Source: Escherichia coli
Lineage (GTDB): Bacteria; Pseudomonadota; Gammaproteobacteria; Enterobacterales; Enterobacteriaceae
Reading direction: 5' to 3' (one strand)
Length of the DNA: 64,000 nucleotides
NCBI RefSeq assembly: GCF_024700885.2
Contig: NZ_CP117016.1
The stretch's first letter is position 1; each line of letters starts with the position of its first letter. Both the position numbers and the translations under genes were made by a program. Positions 22,104 through 33,342 of the stretch are shown in pieces. The notes under the pieces were generated by a model. The model was not told the origin of the DNA and ran no database searches. It saw only the letters and a list, made by a program, of their open reading frames with translations.

Positions 22104-23255
22104 ATGGATTTTTCTTTAACTGAAGAACAAGAACTGCTGCTGGCCAGTATTCGCGAGTTGATTACGACCAACTTCCCGGAAGAGTATTTCCGCACCTGCG
22201 ATCAAAACGGGACATACCCGCGTGAATTTATGCGGGCACTGGCGGATAACGGTATTTCCATGCTTGGCGTGCCGGAAGAATTTGGTGGTATCCCTGCGGA
22301 TTACGTCACCCAAATGCTGGCGCTGATGGAAGTGTCAAAATGCGGTGCCCCGGCATTTTTGATCACCAACGGTCAATGTATTCACAGTATGCGCCGTTTC
22401 GGTTCTGCAGAGCAGCTACGTAAAACGGCGGAAAGCACCCTGGAAACGGGTGATCCCGCCTATGCCCTGGCATTGACGGAACCAGGCGCAGGCTCAGATA
22501 ACAACAGCGCCACCACCACTTACACGCGTAAAAACGGCAAGGTTTACATCAACGGCCAGAAAACCTTTATTACCGGCGCGAAAGAGTACCCGTATATGCT
22601 GGTGCTGGCGCGCGATCCAGAACCGAAAGATCCCAAAAAAGCCTTCACCCTGTGGTGGGTCGACTCCAGTAAGCCCGGCATTAAGATTAACCCGCTGCAT
22701 AAAATCGGCTGGCATATGCTCAGCACCTGCGAAGTCTATCTCGACAACGTAGAGGTTGAAGAGAGCGACATGGTGGGCGAAGAAGGAATGGGTTTCCTCA
22801 ATGTGATGTACAACTTTGAGATGGAGCGCCTGATCAACGCCGCGCGCAGCACCGGCTTTGCCGAATGCGCATTCGAAGATGCCGCCCGCTATGCCAACCA
22901 ACGTATCGCTTTTGGTAAGCCCATTGGTCATAACCAGATGATCCAGGAAAAACTGGCGCTGATGGCGATTAAGATCGACAACATGCGCAACATGGTGTTG
23001 AAAGTGGCATGGCAAGCCGATCAGCATCAGTCACTGCGCACCAGCGCGGCGCTGGCAAAACTGTACTGCGCACGTACCGCAATGGAAGTTATTGATGATG
23101 CGATTCAAATCATGGGCGGTCTGGGCTATACCGATGAGGCGCGCGTCTCTCGCTTCTGGCGTGATGTCCGTTGTGAACGTATCGGCGGCGGTACAGACGA
23201 AATTATGATTTACGTAGCGGGTCGGCAGATCCTGAAAGATTATCAGAACAAATAA
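22104..23255 (+). CDS. ydiO: acyl-CoA dehydrogenase family protein
   Basis: 383-aa product from MDFSLTEEQ; ACAD fold (CaiA-like). Confidence 0.85.
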   Translation: MDFSLTEEQELLLASIRELITTNFPEEYFRTCDQNGTYPREFMRALADNGISMLGVPEEFGGIPADYVTQMLALMEVSKCGAPAFLITNGQCIHSMRRFGSAEQLRKTAESTLETGDPAYALALTEPGAGSDNNSATTTYTRKNGKVYINGQKTFITGAKEYPYMLVLARDPEPKDPKKAFTLWWVDSSKPGIKINPLHKIGWHMLSTCEVYLDNVEVEESDMVGEEGMGFLNVMYNFEMERLINAARSTGFAECAFEDAARYANQRIAFGKPIGHNQMIQEKLALMAIKIDNMRNMVLKVAWQADQHQSLRTSAALAKLYCARTAMEVIDDAIQIMGGLGYTDEARVSRFWRDVRCERIGGGTDEIMIYVAGRQILKDYQNK

Positions 23256-23261
23256 TCTGCA

Positions 23262-23293
23262 GGCGGCGCAGCTTCTTAACAAACTGCGCCGCC
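23262..23293. terminator. bidirectional terminator hairpin between ydiO and ydiP
   Basis: GGCGGCGCAG and CTGCGCCGCC inverted repeat between convergent genes. Confidence 0.5.
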
Positions 23294-23297
23294 AGAT

Positions 23298-24209
23298 TTA
23301 TCCGGCAAGACTTACCGGTTGAGGAAATTCAGATAAGATTTCTTGTTCCGCAAAACAGTTTTTAAATTGCCTGCGGTAATCGCTGGGCGAACAGCCGACA
23401 TGGCGCAAAAACAGTTTGGCAAAGTGATCGACATTTTCATAACCCACACGCCAGGAGATCTCTGCCTGTGATAATTCAGTATTGGTGAGTGACCATTTCG
23501 CTTCCGTCATACGCCGTTGAATAACATAGTTAATAGGGGAAATACGATACTCTTTGGTAAATTCATGGCAAATATAACTGACGCTGGCACGAAACTTTTT
23601 CGATAACTGCTCTAAAGTGATTTTTTCGCGATAGTTATTATTCAGATAGAAAAGAATATCTTTTATCAGAACATCTTTTTTAATATATCCCTGCTCCGAA
23701 CGATAAGCATTTTTAAAGTTTTCATAGTAAAGAATTGCTAACGTATAGGCAAATGCGTCCCATAACGAAGATGTTTGGCTATTTTTACTTTGCGGCAAAA
23801 TCACACTTAGCTCATTAAATAAGGTTTTAATGACTTCTTTTCCCTGCCCTGCGGCAATTACCGGGCAAGAATGCGGTTGCAGTAGCTGATTTTCCTCAGC
23901 CCCCTGAAACTGAAAGCCGTACAGCGCACAGGTACACGTCGTTGCCGGATCGTTAACGTCAGAGGCCACCGCATGCAGCCTGCCGCGTTCTATCACCACA
24001 ATGTCATCGGCATGCGCGACATATAACGAAGAATCGATGGTAAACCTTGCTACCCCTTTCTTGACGTAAATCAACTCGGTTTCATTGTCATGAACGTGAT
24101 GTCCGGACTCCCATTTTGGATCATCGCTAAATGCAAAACGTGAAAGCCGTGGCGTTTTACCAGCGACAAACAGCGTTTCGCTGGCGTTATCAAAACAGCG
24201 TTGATACAT
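23298..24209 (-). CDS. ydiP: AraC-family transcriptional regulator
   Basis: 303-aa ORF with a C-terminal AraC-type HTH region. Confidence 0.85.
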   Translation of the reverse strand: MYQRCFDNASETLFVAGKTPRLSRFAFSDDPKWESGHHVHDNETELIYVKKGVARFTIDSSLYVAHADDIVVIERGRLHAVASDVNDPATTCTCALYGFQFQGAEENQLLQPHSCPVIAAGQGKEVIKTLFNELSVILPQSKNSQTSSLWDAFAYTLAILYYENFKNAYRSEQGYIKKDVLIKDILFYLNNNYREKITLEQLSKKFRASVSYICHEFTKEYRISPINYVIQRRMTEAKWSLTNTELSQAEISWRVGYENVDHFAKLFLRHVGCSPSDYRRQFKNCFAEQEILSEFPQPVSLAG

Positions 24210-24524
24210 GACAACCTCCCTATTCCATGAGCAAGCAAAAACAATATATGCCGGATAAAATACGGCGTGTATTGCGGTTATACAACCGCGTTTAGCGAGA
24301 GCTAAACAAGATTATTTACACTGAATGCAAGATTGTACGGTCATGGAATAACAACATTCCCGCAAATTGCACTTTTGTTTTAGCGATCGCATTTTTTTTG
24401 CAAGATTGTTGGCAAGGAAAACAGCTTGCTCCGTCGAAAACCCCGCACCGCTATCGCACACTATTTTCAGGCCATTTTTACCTTCCATCGGAGATGGTTC
24501 CGTATGCGACTCACAGGAGAAATC

Positions 24525-25289
24525 ATGAAAATAATAACCTGCTTTAAGCTGGTGCCTGAAGAACAGGACATTGTTGTCACTCCAGAATATACCCTGAATT
24601 TCGACAATGCCGACGCCAAAATCAGCCAGTTCGATCTCAATGCCATTGAAGCTGCAAGCCAGATTGCAACAGATGACGATGAGATAGCCGCGCTGACCAT
24701 TGGCGGCTCATTGTTGCAGAACTCGAAAGTGCGTAAAGACGTGCTATCCCGCGGGCCGCATAGCCTGTATTTGGTGCAGGATGCGCAACTTGAACATGCA
24801 CTGCCTCTCGATACCGCAAAGGCGCTGGCGGCAGCAGTTGAAAAGATCGGCTTCGATTTACTGATCTTTGGTGAAGGTTCCGGCGACCTTTATGCCCAGC
24901 AGGTTGGCTTGCTGGTCGGAGAAATTCTGCAACTTCCGGTGATTAATGCAGTGAGTGCTATTCAGCGTCAGGGCAATACACTGGTGATTGAACGCACGCT
25001 TGAAGATGATGTTGAAGTTATTGAGCTCTCTGTTCCAGCCGTGCTCTGCGTCACCTCCGATATTAATATGCCACGCATTCCTTCGATGAAAGCCATTCTC
25101 GGCGCGGGTAAAAAACCGGTAAATCAGTGGCAGGCAAGTGACATTGGCTGGAGCCAGAGCGCGCCGCTTGCTGAACTGACCGGCATTCGCGTACCGCCGC
25201 AAACAGAACGTAAGCACATCATTCTCGATAACGATTCGCCGGAGGCCATTGCCGAGCTGGCGGAACATCTGAAGAAAGCCCTGAACTGA
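24525..25289 (+). CDS. ydiQ: electron transfer flavoprotein beta-subunit-like
   Basis: 254-aa product from MKIITCFKLVPEEQD (FixA-like); ORF-track start trimmed. Confidence 0.85.
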   Translation: MKIITCFKLVPEEQDIVVTPEYTLNFDNADAKISQFDLNAIEAASQIATDDDEIAALTIGGSLLQNSKVRKDVLSRGPHSLYLVQDAQLEHALPLDTAKALAAAVEKIGFDLLIFGEGSGDLYAQQVGLLVGEILQLPVINAVSAIQRQGNTLVIERTLEDDVEVIELSVPAVLCVTSDINMPRIPSMKAILGAGKKPVNQWQASDIGWSQSAPLAELTGIRVPPQTERKHIILDNDSPEAIAELAEHLKKALN

Positions 25290-25308
25290 AGCCTACGGAG
25301 AAGAAACG

Positions 25309-26247
25309 ATGAGTCAATTAAACAGCGTCTGGGTCTTTAGCGATAATCCTGAACGTTATGCTGAACTGTTTGGCGGCGCGCAGCAATGGGGCCAACAGGT
25401 GTATGCCATTGTACAAAATACCGACCAGGCGCAGGCAGTTATGCCTTATGGTCCAAAATGTATTTATGTTCTTGAGCAAAACGACGCGCTGCAACGCACT
25501 GAAAATTACGCCGAAAGCATTGCTGCCCTGCTGAAAGATAAGAACCCCGCTATGTTGCTACTGGCCGCGACGAAACGTGGTAAAGCTCTGGCAGCACGGT
25601 TAAGTGTGCAACTGAATGCGGCGCTGGTGAACGATGCCACGGCGGTGGATATTGTCGATGGTCACATTTGCGCCGAACACCGGATGTATGGCGGGTTAGC
25701 GTTCGCACAGGAAAAGATCAACAGCCCGCTGGCGATCATTACCCTTGCACCCGGTGTTCAGGAACCGTGCACCAGTGATACCGCTCATCAGTGCCCGACA
25801 GAAACGGTACCTTATGTTGCCCCGCGTCATGAAATTCTCTGTCGCGAACGCCGTGCGAAAGCGGCAAGCAGCGTGGACCTGAGCAAAGCAAAACGTGTGG
25901 TTGGCGTCGGTCGTGGTCTGGCAGCGCAGGATGACCTGAAAATGGTCCACGAACTGGCGGCGGTGCTGAATGCTGAAGTCGGCTGTTCACGTCCAATTGC
26001 CGAAGGCGAGAACTGGATGGAGCGTGAACGTTATATCGGTGTCTCCGGCGTGTTGCTGAAATCCGATCTCTACCTGACGCTGGGGATCTCCGGGCAGATC
26101 CAGCATATGGTTGGCGGCAACGGCGCAAAAGTGATTGTCGCCATCAATAAAGATAAAAATGCGCCAATCTTCAACTATGCCGACTACGGTCTGGTGGGCG
26201 ATATCTACAAAGTCGTCCCTGCCCTGATTAGCCAGTTGAGCCGCTAA
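25309..26247 (+). CDS. ydiR: electron transfer flavoprotein alpha-subunit-like
   Basis: 312-aa FixB-like ORF. Confidence 0.85.
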   Translation: MSQLNSVWVFSDNPERYAELFGGAQQWGQQVYAIVQNTDQAQAVMPYGPKCIYVLEQNDALQRTENYAESIAALLKDKNPAMLLLAATKRGKALAARLSVQLNAALVNDATAVDIVDGHICAEHRMYGGLAFAQEKINSPLAIITLAPGVQEPCTSDTAHQCPTETVPYVAPRHEILCRERRAKAASSVDLSKAKRVVGVGRGLAAQDDLKMVHELAAVLNAEVGCSRPIAEGENWMERERYIGVSGVLLKSDLYLTLGISGQIQHMVGGNGAKVIVAINKDKNAPIFNYADYGLVGDIYKVVPALISQLSR

Positions 26248-26302
26248 TTCCCCTTTCAACCACATCTCCCGCTGTAAACGCAGCGGGAAGGGAGCATAAC
26301 GC

Positions 26303-27592
26303 ATGTCGGATGACAAATTTGATGCCATTGTGGTCGGTGCGGGCGTTGCCGGTAGCGTTGCCGCACTGGTCATGGCGCGAGCCGGGCTGGATGTCCTGGT
26401 GATAGAACGCGGCGACAGTGCCGGATGTAAAAACATGACCGGCGGGCGTCTTTATGCCCACACACTTGAAGCGATTATTCCAGGCTTTGCAGCATCAGCG
26501 CCGGTAGAACGCAAGGTCACACGCGAGAAAATCTCCTTCTTAACCGAAGAAAGCGCCGTTACCCTCGACTTTCACCGCGAGCAACCAGATGTTCCGCAAC
26601 ACGCGTCTTATACCGTATTGCGTAATCGTCTGGACCCGTGGTTGATGGAACAAGCCGAGCAGGCGGGCGCGCAGTTTATCCCGGGCGTACGCGTCGATGC
26701 GCTGGTTCGTGAAGGAAACAAGGTCACTGGCGTGCAGGCCGGGGATGATGTTCTTGAAGCGAATGTGGTGATTCTGGCTGATGGCGTTAACTCGATGCTT
26801 GGCCGCTCGCTGGGAATGGTTCCCGCTTCCGATCCGCATCATTACGCTGTTGGTGTTAAAGAGGTTATTGGCCTCACACCAGAACAGATCAACGATCGCT
26901 TTAATATTACGGGCGAGGAAGGTGCCGCCTGGCTGTTTGCCGGTTCCCCTTCTGACGGCCTGATGGGTGGCGGATTCCTCTATACCAACAAGGATTCCGT
27001 ATCGTTGGGGCTGGTTTGTGGATTGGGTGATATCGCCCATGCGCAAAAAAGCGTGCCGCAAATGCTGGAAGATTTTAAACAACACCCCGCCATTCGCCCG
27101 CTGATCAGCGGCGGCAAACTGCTTGAATATTCCGCGCATATGGTGCCGGAAGGCGGTCTGGCAATGGTGCCGCAACTGGTTAACGAGGGCGTGATGATCG
27201 TTGGTGACGCCGCAGGCTTCTGCCTGAATTTGGGTTTTACAGTCCGCGGCATGGATTTAGCCATTGCATCGGCTCAGGCTGCCGCCACAACGGTGATCGC
27301 CGCCAAAGAACGCGCGGATTTCTCCGCCAGCAGTCTGGCGCAATACAAACGTGAGCTGGAACAAAGTTGTGTTATGCGCGATATGCAGCATTTCCGCAAG
27401 ATCCCGGCGCTGATGGAAAACCCGCGTCTGTTTAGCCAATACCCACGAATGGTCGCCGACATCATGAACGAGATGTTCACCATCGACGGCAAACCTAACC
27501 AACCGGTACGCAAAATGATCATGGGACACGCGAAGAAAATTGGACTGATCAACTTGCTGAAAGATGGCATTAAGGGAGCAACCGCGCTATGA
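26303..27592 (+). CDS. ydiS: FAD-dependent oxidoreductase (FixC/ETF-QO-like)
   Basis: 429-aa ORF with N-terminal dinucleotide-binding motif VVGAGVAGS. Confidence 0.85.
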   Translation: MSDDKFDAIVVGAGVAGSVAALVMARAGLDVLVIERGDSAGCKNMTGGRLYAHTLEAIIPGFAASAPVERKVTREKISFLTEESAVTLDFHREQPDVPQHASYTVLRNRLDPWLMEQAEQAGAQFIPGVRVDALVREGNKVTGVQAGDDVLEANVVILADGVNSMLGRSLGMVPASDPHHYAVGVKEVIGLTPEQINDRFNITGEEGAAWLFAGSPSDGLMGGGFLYTNKDSVSLGLVCGLGDIAHAQKSVPQMLEDFKQHPAIRPLISGGKLLEYSAHMVPEGGLAMVPQLVNEGVMIVGDAAGFCLNLGFTVRGMDLAIASAQAAATTVIAAKERADFSASSLAQYKRELEQSCVMRDMQHFRKIPALMENPRLFSQYPRMVADIMNEMFTIDGKPNQPVRKMIMGHAKKIGLINLLKDGIKGATAL

Positions 27593-27882
27593 GCCAGAAC
27601 GCTACGGTTAACGTCGACATCAAATTAGGCGTCAATAAATTCCATGTTGATGAGGGCCACCCGCATATCATTTTGGCGGCAAATCCCGATATCAATGAAT
27701 TCCGTAAATTAATGAAAGCTTGCCCTGCCGGACTTTATAAGCAGGATGACGCAGGAAACATTCATTTCGATTCCGCCGGTTGTCTGGAGTGCGGCACCTG
27801 TCGGGTGCTGTGCGGCAACACTATTCTCGAACAGTGGCAATATCCCGCAGGCACCTTCGGTATTGATTTTCGCTACGGCTAA
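27589..27882 (+). CDS. ydiT: ferredoxin-like protein (FixX-like)
   Basis: 97-aa ORF with Cys cluster CLECGTCRVLC; overlaps ydiS by 4 nt. Confidence 0.85.
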   Translation: MSQNATVNVDIKLGVNKFHVDEGHPHIILAANPDINEFRKLMKACPAGLYKQDDAGNIHFDSAGCLECGTCRVLCGNTILEQWQYPAGTFGIDFRYG

Positions 27883-27938
27883 TCATGCATCCCACAGGCC
27901 CGCATCTCGGGCCTGATGTTCTGTCTCGAGAGTCCAAA

Positions 27939-29585
27939 ATGAAAGTGACATTAACGTTTAACGAACAACGTCGTGCGGCGTATCGTCAGCAAGGGCTATG
28001 GGGCGATGCTTCGCTGGCCGATTACTGGCAGCAGACCGCTCGTGCGATGCCAGACAAAATTGCCGTGGTCGATAATCATGGTGCATCGTACACCTATAGC
28101 GCGCTCGATCACGCCGCGAGCTGTCTGGCAAACTGGATGTTAGCGAAGGGTATTGAATCAGGCGATCGTATCGCATTTCAACTGCCTGGCTGGTGTGAAT
28201 TTACCGTTATCTATCTTGCCTGCCTGAAAATCGGTGCGGTTTCCGTACCGCTGTTGCCTTCCTGGCGGGAAGCAGAACTGGTATGGGTACTCAATAAGTG
28301 TCAGGCAAAAATGTTCTTTGCACCGACGTTGTTTAAACAAACGCGTCCGGTAGATTTAATCCTGCCGCTGCAAAATCAGCTTCTACAACTACAACAAATT
28401 GTCGGCGTGGACAAACTGGCTCCCGCCACCTCTTCCCTCTCATTAAGTCAGATTATCGCCTACAATACTCCTCTGACCACGGCGATAACGGTCCACGGCG
28501 ATGAATTAGCCGCGGTGCTGTTTACCTCCGGAACCGAGGGTCTGCCAAAGGGCGTGATGCTAACGCATAACAATATTCTCGCCAGTGAGCGGGCTTATTG
28601 CGCGCGGTTGAATCTGACCTGGCAGGATGTCTTTATGATGCCTGCGCCACTTGGTCATGCAACGGGCTTTCTGCATGGCGTAACGGCACCATTCTTAATT
28701 GGCGCTCGCAGCGTGTTGTTAGATATTTTCACTCCTGATGCGTGTCTCGCGTTGCTTGAGCAGCAGCGTTGCACCTGTATGCTCGGCGCAACGCCGTTTG
28801 TCTATGATCTTTTGAATTTACTGGAGAAACAACCCGCTGACCTTTCAGCGCTGCGCTTCTTTCTTTGCGGCGGGACCACAATCCCCAAAAAAGTGGCGCG
28901 TGAATGCCAACAGCGCGGCATTAAATTATTAAGTGTTTATGGTTCCACAGAAAGTTCGCCGCACGCAGTGGTGAATCTCGACGATCCTTTGTCGCGCTTT
29001 ATGCACACCGATGGTTACGCTGCCGCAGGAGTTGAGATTAAAGTGGTCGATGACGCACGCAAGACCTTACCGCCAGGTTGCGAAGGTGAAGAAGCCTCGC
29101 GTGGCCCCAATGTGTTTATGGGGTATTTTGATGAACCTGAATTAACCGCCCGTGCGCTGGATGAAGAAGGCTGGTATTACAGCGGCGATCTCTGCCGCAT
29201 GGATGAGGCTGGCTATATAAAAATAACCGGGCGCAAGAAAGATATTATTGTCCGCGGCGGCGAAAATATTAGCAGCCGTGAAGTGGAAGATATTTTATTA
29301 CAGCATCCTAAAATTCACGATGCCTGTGTGATTGCAATGCCCGATGAACGCTTAGGTGAACGATCATGCGCTTATGTCGTGCTGAAAGCGCCGCATCATT
29401 CATTATCGCTGGAAGATGTAGTGGCATTTTTTAGCCGTAAACGGGTCGCGAAATATAAATATCCTGAACATATCGTGGTAATCAAAAAACTACCGCGCAC
29501 AGCCTCAGGTAAAATACAAAAGTTTTTGTTAAGGAAAGATATTATGCGGCGATTAACTCAGGATGTCTGTGAAGAGATTGAATAA
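27939..29585 (+). CDS. fadK: short-chain acyl-CoA synthetase (AMP-forming)
   Basis: 548-aa product from MKVTLTFNEQRR; AMP-binding motif TSGTEGLPKG. Confidence 0.88.
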   Translation: MKVTLTFNEQRRAAYRQQGLWGDASLADYWQQTARAMPDKIAVVDNHGASYTYSALDHAASCLANWMLAKGIESGDRIAFQLPGWCEFTVIYLACLKIGAVSVPLLPSWREAELVWVLNKCQAKMFFAPTLFKQTRPVDLILPLQNQLLQLQQIVGVDKLAPATSSLSLSQIIAYNTPLTTAITVHGDELAAVLFTSGTEGLPKGVMLTHNNILASERAYCARLNLTWQDVFMMPAPLGHATGFLHGVTAPFLIGARSVLLDIFTPDACLALLEQQRCTCMLGATPFVYDLLNLLEKQPADLSALRFFLCGGTTIPKKVARECQQRGIKLLSVYGSTESSPHAVVNLDDPLSRFMHTDGYAAAGVEIKVVDDARKTLPPGCEGEEASRGPNVFMGYFDEPELTARALDEEGWYYSGDLCRMDEAGYIKITGRKKDIIVRGGENISSREVEDILLQHPKIHDACVIAMPDERLGERSCAYVVLKAPHHSLSLEDVVAFFSRKRVAKYKYPEHIVVIKKLPRTASGKIQKFLLRKDIMRRLTQDVCEEIE

Positions 29586-29609
29586 GTTTCATCTTCGGGG
29601 ATCACATAA

Positions 29610-29645
29610 ACCCGGCGACAAAACGCCGCCGGGGATTTATTTTAT
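29610..29645. terminator. bidirectional terminator between fadK and ppsA
   Basis: GC-rich inverted repeat (CCCGGCG...CGCCGGG) followed by a T-rich run, between convergent genes. Confidence 0.5.
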
Positions 29646-32020
29646 TTCTTCAGTTCAGCCAGGCTTAACCAGGTTTGCACCACGGTGTCCGGGTTCAGAG
29701 ACAGGCTATCGATCCCCTCTTCCATCAACCATGCGGCAAAGTCTTCGTGGTCGGACGGACCCTGACCGCAAATCCCGACATATTTGCCCTGTTTCTTCGC
29801 GGCACGAATCGCCATCGACAGCAGTGCTTTCACCGCATCGTTGCGCTCATCGAACAGTTCAGACACCACGCCGGAGTCACGATCCAGACCGAGCGCCAGC
29901 TGTGTCATGTCGTTTGAGCCAATTGAGAAGCCGTCGAAATATTCGAGGAACTGCTCTGCCAGCAAGGCGTTGGACGGAATTTCACACATCATGATGATTT
30001 TCAGCCCGTTCTCACCACGTTTCAGCCCCTGACGCGCCAGTTCGTCAACCACCGCTTTCGCCTGATCTACGGTACGCACGAACGGGATCATGATCTCAAC
30101 GTTGGTCAGCCCCATATCGTTGCGCACACGTTTCACTGCTTCACACTCCAGCGCGAAGCAGTCGCGGAAGCTGTCGGAAACATAGCGGCCCGCGCCACGG
30201 AAGCCGAGCATCGGGTTCTCTTCATCTGGCTCGTAACGCTCACCACCGACCAGGTTGGCATATTCGTTCGATTTAAAATCAGAGAGACGGACAATGACGC
30301 GCTTCGGATAAAACGCGGCACCCAGCGTCGCGATCCCTTCAGTCAAACGCCCAACGTAAAATTCACGCGGAGAATCAAAACCTTTCATCATCTCGCGGAT
30401 TTCGTTTTGCAACTGCGGTTCCTGATCGTCAAACTCAAGCAGTGCGCGTGGGTGGACGCCAATCATACGGTTGATGATAAATTCCAGACGCGCAAGGCCC
30501 ACGCCTTCGTTCGGCAGGCAGGCGAAGTCGAAAGCACGGTCCGGGTTACCGACGTTCATCATCACCTTCAACGGCAGATCCGGCATCGTTTCTACGCTGG
30601 AGCTTTTCACGCTAAATTCCAGCAACTCCGCATAGACATAACCGGTATCACCTTCGGCACAAGAAACAGTGACGTTCTCACCGTCTTTCATCCGTTCTGT
30701 TGCATCACCACAGCCCACTACCGCCGGAATGCCGAGTTCACGAGCGATGATCGCCGCGTGACAGGTACGCCCCCCACGGTTGGTGACGATGGCAGATGCT
30801 TTCTTCATGATCGGTTCCCAGTCCGGGTCGGTCATGTCAGTAACCAGCACGTCGCCAGGTTCGATGCGGTTCATTTCGCTGATGTCATGGATGACTTTCA
30901 CCGGACCCGCGCCGATGCGATGACCGATAGCACGGCCTTCGGCGATAATCTTACCCTGTGAATGCAGCGTATAACGCTCCATGACCTGACCGCGTGAGCG
31001 CACGGTTTCCGGACGCGCCTGCACAATGAACAGTTTGCCGGTGTGGCCATCTTTCGCCCACTCAATATCCATTGGGCGACCGTAGTGTTTCTCAATTTGT
31101 ACGGCCTGTTTTGCCAGTTCCTGCACTTCTTCGTTGGTCAGCGAGAAGATGTCACGCTGTTCCTGCGGTACGTCTTCGATTTTAACCTGCTTGCCGTGCT
31201 CCTGGGTCGGCGCGTAAACCATGCGGATTTTTTTCGACCCCATGGTGCGGCGCACGATAGCCGGGCGATTCGCCGCCAGTGTCGGTTTGTGCACGTAAAA
31301 CTCATCCGGGTTAACCGCACCCTGCACGACCATTTCACCAAGGCCCCATGCGGAAGTGATAAACACCACCTGGTCAAAGCCGGATTCGGTATCAATGGAG
31401 AACATCACGCCAGAAGATGCGAGGTCGGAGCGCACCATCCGCTGAACACCGGCGGAGAGCGCCACGCCACGGTGATCGTAACCCTGGTGCACACGATAAG
31501 AGATGGCGCGATCGTTAAACAGAGAAGCAAATACATGTTTCACTGCCACGAGAACGGCGTCAAAACCCTGAACGTTGAGGAAAGTTTCCTGCTGACCGGC
31601 AAAAGAAGCGTCCGGCATATCTTCTGCAGTAGCGGAGGAACGCACCGCAAACGAGGCGTTTTCGTCATCGGCGGAAAGCTGTGCATAGGCTTCGCGGATG
31701 GCGTTTTCCAGCTCAGGCTGGAAGGGAGTGTCGATAATCCACTGGCGGATTTGCGCGCCCGCTTTCGCAAGCTGGGTAACATCGTCAATATCCGTTTTAT
31801 CCAGCAGTTCATAAATGCGCTGGTTTACGCCGCTTTGGTCCAGAAACTGGTTAAACGCGTCGGCGGTTGTGGCGAAACCATTCGGAACGGAAACACCCAT
31901 TCCGGAAAGGTTAGTAATCATTTCACCCAGGGAGGCATTTTTGCCCCCAACCCTGTCTACATCATTCATGCCGAGTTGGTTATACCAAAGCACCAGCGGT
32001 GACGAGCCATTGTTGGACAT
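29642..32020 (-). CDS. ppsA: phosphoenolpyruvate synthase
   Basis: 792-aa ORF; PEP-utilising enzyme with the phospho-His region ([13 protein letters not shown]). Confidence 0.93.
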   Translation of the reverse strand: MSNNGSSPLVLWYNQLGMNDVDRVGGKNASLGEMITNLSGMGVSVPNGFATTADAFNQFLDQSGVNQRIYELLDKTDIDDVTQLAKAGAQIRQWIIDTPFQPELENAIREAYAQLSADDENASFAVRSSATAEDMPDASFAGQQETFLNVQGFDAVLVAVKHVFASLFNDRAISYRVHQGYDHRGVALSAGVQRMVRSDLASSGVMFSIDTESGFDQVVFITSAWGLGEMVVQGAVNPDEFYVHKPTLAANRPAIVRRTMGSKKIRMVYAPTQEHGKQVKIEDVPQEQRDIFSLTNEEVQELAKQAVQIEKHYGRPMDIEWAKDGHTGKLFIVQARPETVRSRGQVMERYTLHSQGKIIAEGRAIGHRIGAGPVKVIHDISEMNRIEPGDVLVTDMTDPDWEPIMKKASAIVTNRGGRTCHAAIIARELGIPAVVGCGDATERMKDGENVTVSCAEGDTGYVYAELLEFSVKSSSVETMPDLPLKVMMNVGNPDRAFDFACLPNEGVGLARLEFIINRMIGVHPRALLEFDDQEPQLQNEIREMMKGFDSPREFYVGRLTEGIATLGAAFYPKRVIVRLSDFKSNEYANLVGGERYEPDEENPMLGFRGAGRYVSDSFRDCFALECEAVKRVRNDMGLTNVEIMIPFVRTVDQAKAVVDELARQGLKRGENGLKIIMMCEIPSNALLAEQFLEYFDGFSIGSNDMTQLALGLDRDSGVVSELFDERNDAVKALLSMAIRAAKKQGKYVGICGQGPSDHEDFAAWLMEEGIDSLSLNPDTVVQTWLSLAELKK

Positions 32021-32352
32021 CGAACAATCCTTTTGTGATAAATGAACGGTTTGAGAAACACATTTCTGCGCATTTATCTTTGCATATTTAACCGGATGAA
32101 AAAAACGGTGAATCGTTCAAGCAAATATATTTTTTTACTTTTTAAGACTGATCCCAGTGTTGCGCAAATCTGCTCTCTTCGACAATTTCCACATAAACCA
32201 TCGGTATAAACGAAACCGTAAAAATGAAATGCTGTTTTCATAAAAAATAAAATTGAAGGTTCATTTTATAAACCAGACATAACGTTCTACGCTTCTGTGC
32301 GTTTTTAATTTATGCTTTCATAGAATTATGTCTGCATCACGGGAAGAACAAA

Positions 32353-33186
32353 ATGGATAATGCTGTTGATCGCCACGTTTTTTATATTTCTGATGGTACG
32401 GCAATAACTGCGGAGGTATTAGGACACGCAGTAATGTCACAATTTCCCGTCACTATCAGCAGCATTACGCTGCCGTTTGTCGAAAATGAGAGCCGTGCAC
32501 GGGCAGTGAAGGATCAGATTGACGCAATTTATCACCAGACAGGTGTGCGCCCGCTGGTCTTCTACTCCATCGTGTTGCCGGAGATTCGCGCCATCATCTT
32601 GCAAAGTGAGGGCTTTTGCCAGGATATCGTTCAGGCGCTGGTTGCCCCGCTACAACAAGAGATGAAACTGGATCCCACGCCGATTGCTCATCGTACCCAT
32701 GGCCTTAACCCTAATAATCTCAATAAATATGATGCGCGCATTGCTGCGATTGATTACACCCTCGCCCACGATGATGGCATTTCGTTACGCAATCTGGACC
32801 AGGCTCAGGTGATCCTGCTCGGCGTTTCTCGCTGTGGTAAAACCCCCACCAGTCTGTATCTGGCAATGCAATTTGGTATCCGCGCGGCAAACTACCCCTT
32901 TATTGCCGACGATATGGATAATCTTGTGCTACCCGCGTCGCTCAAACCGCTTCAGCATAAATTGTTCGGCCTGACTATCGACCCGGAACGTCTGGCGGCG
33001 ATTCGCGAGGAACGTCGGGAGAACAGTCGCTATGCCTCGCTTCGTCAGTGCAGGATGGAAGTCGCGGAAGTGGAAGCGTTGTACCGTAAAAATCAGATCC
33101 CGTGGATTAACAGTACCAATTATTCGGTAGAAGAGATTGCCACCAAGATCCTCGATATCATGGGCCTTAGCCGCCGAATGTACTAG
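32353..33186 (+). CDS. ppsR: PEP synthase regulatory protein (bifunctional kinase/phosphotransferase)
   Basis: 277-aa ORF with P-loop GVSRCGKT; divergent from ppsA as in K-12. Confidence 0.9.
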
Positions 33187-33342
33187 AGAACTAGTGCATT
33201 AGCTTATTTTTTTGTTATCATGCTAACCACCCGGCGAGGTGTGACACACCTCGCACTTGAAATCAGCTGCGATTGGTTTATCGTGATGCGCATCACTTCC
33301 CGGTAGTCCTGCCGTAGAAGCAACAAATTTCTGAGACTTGTA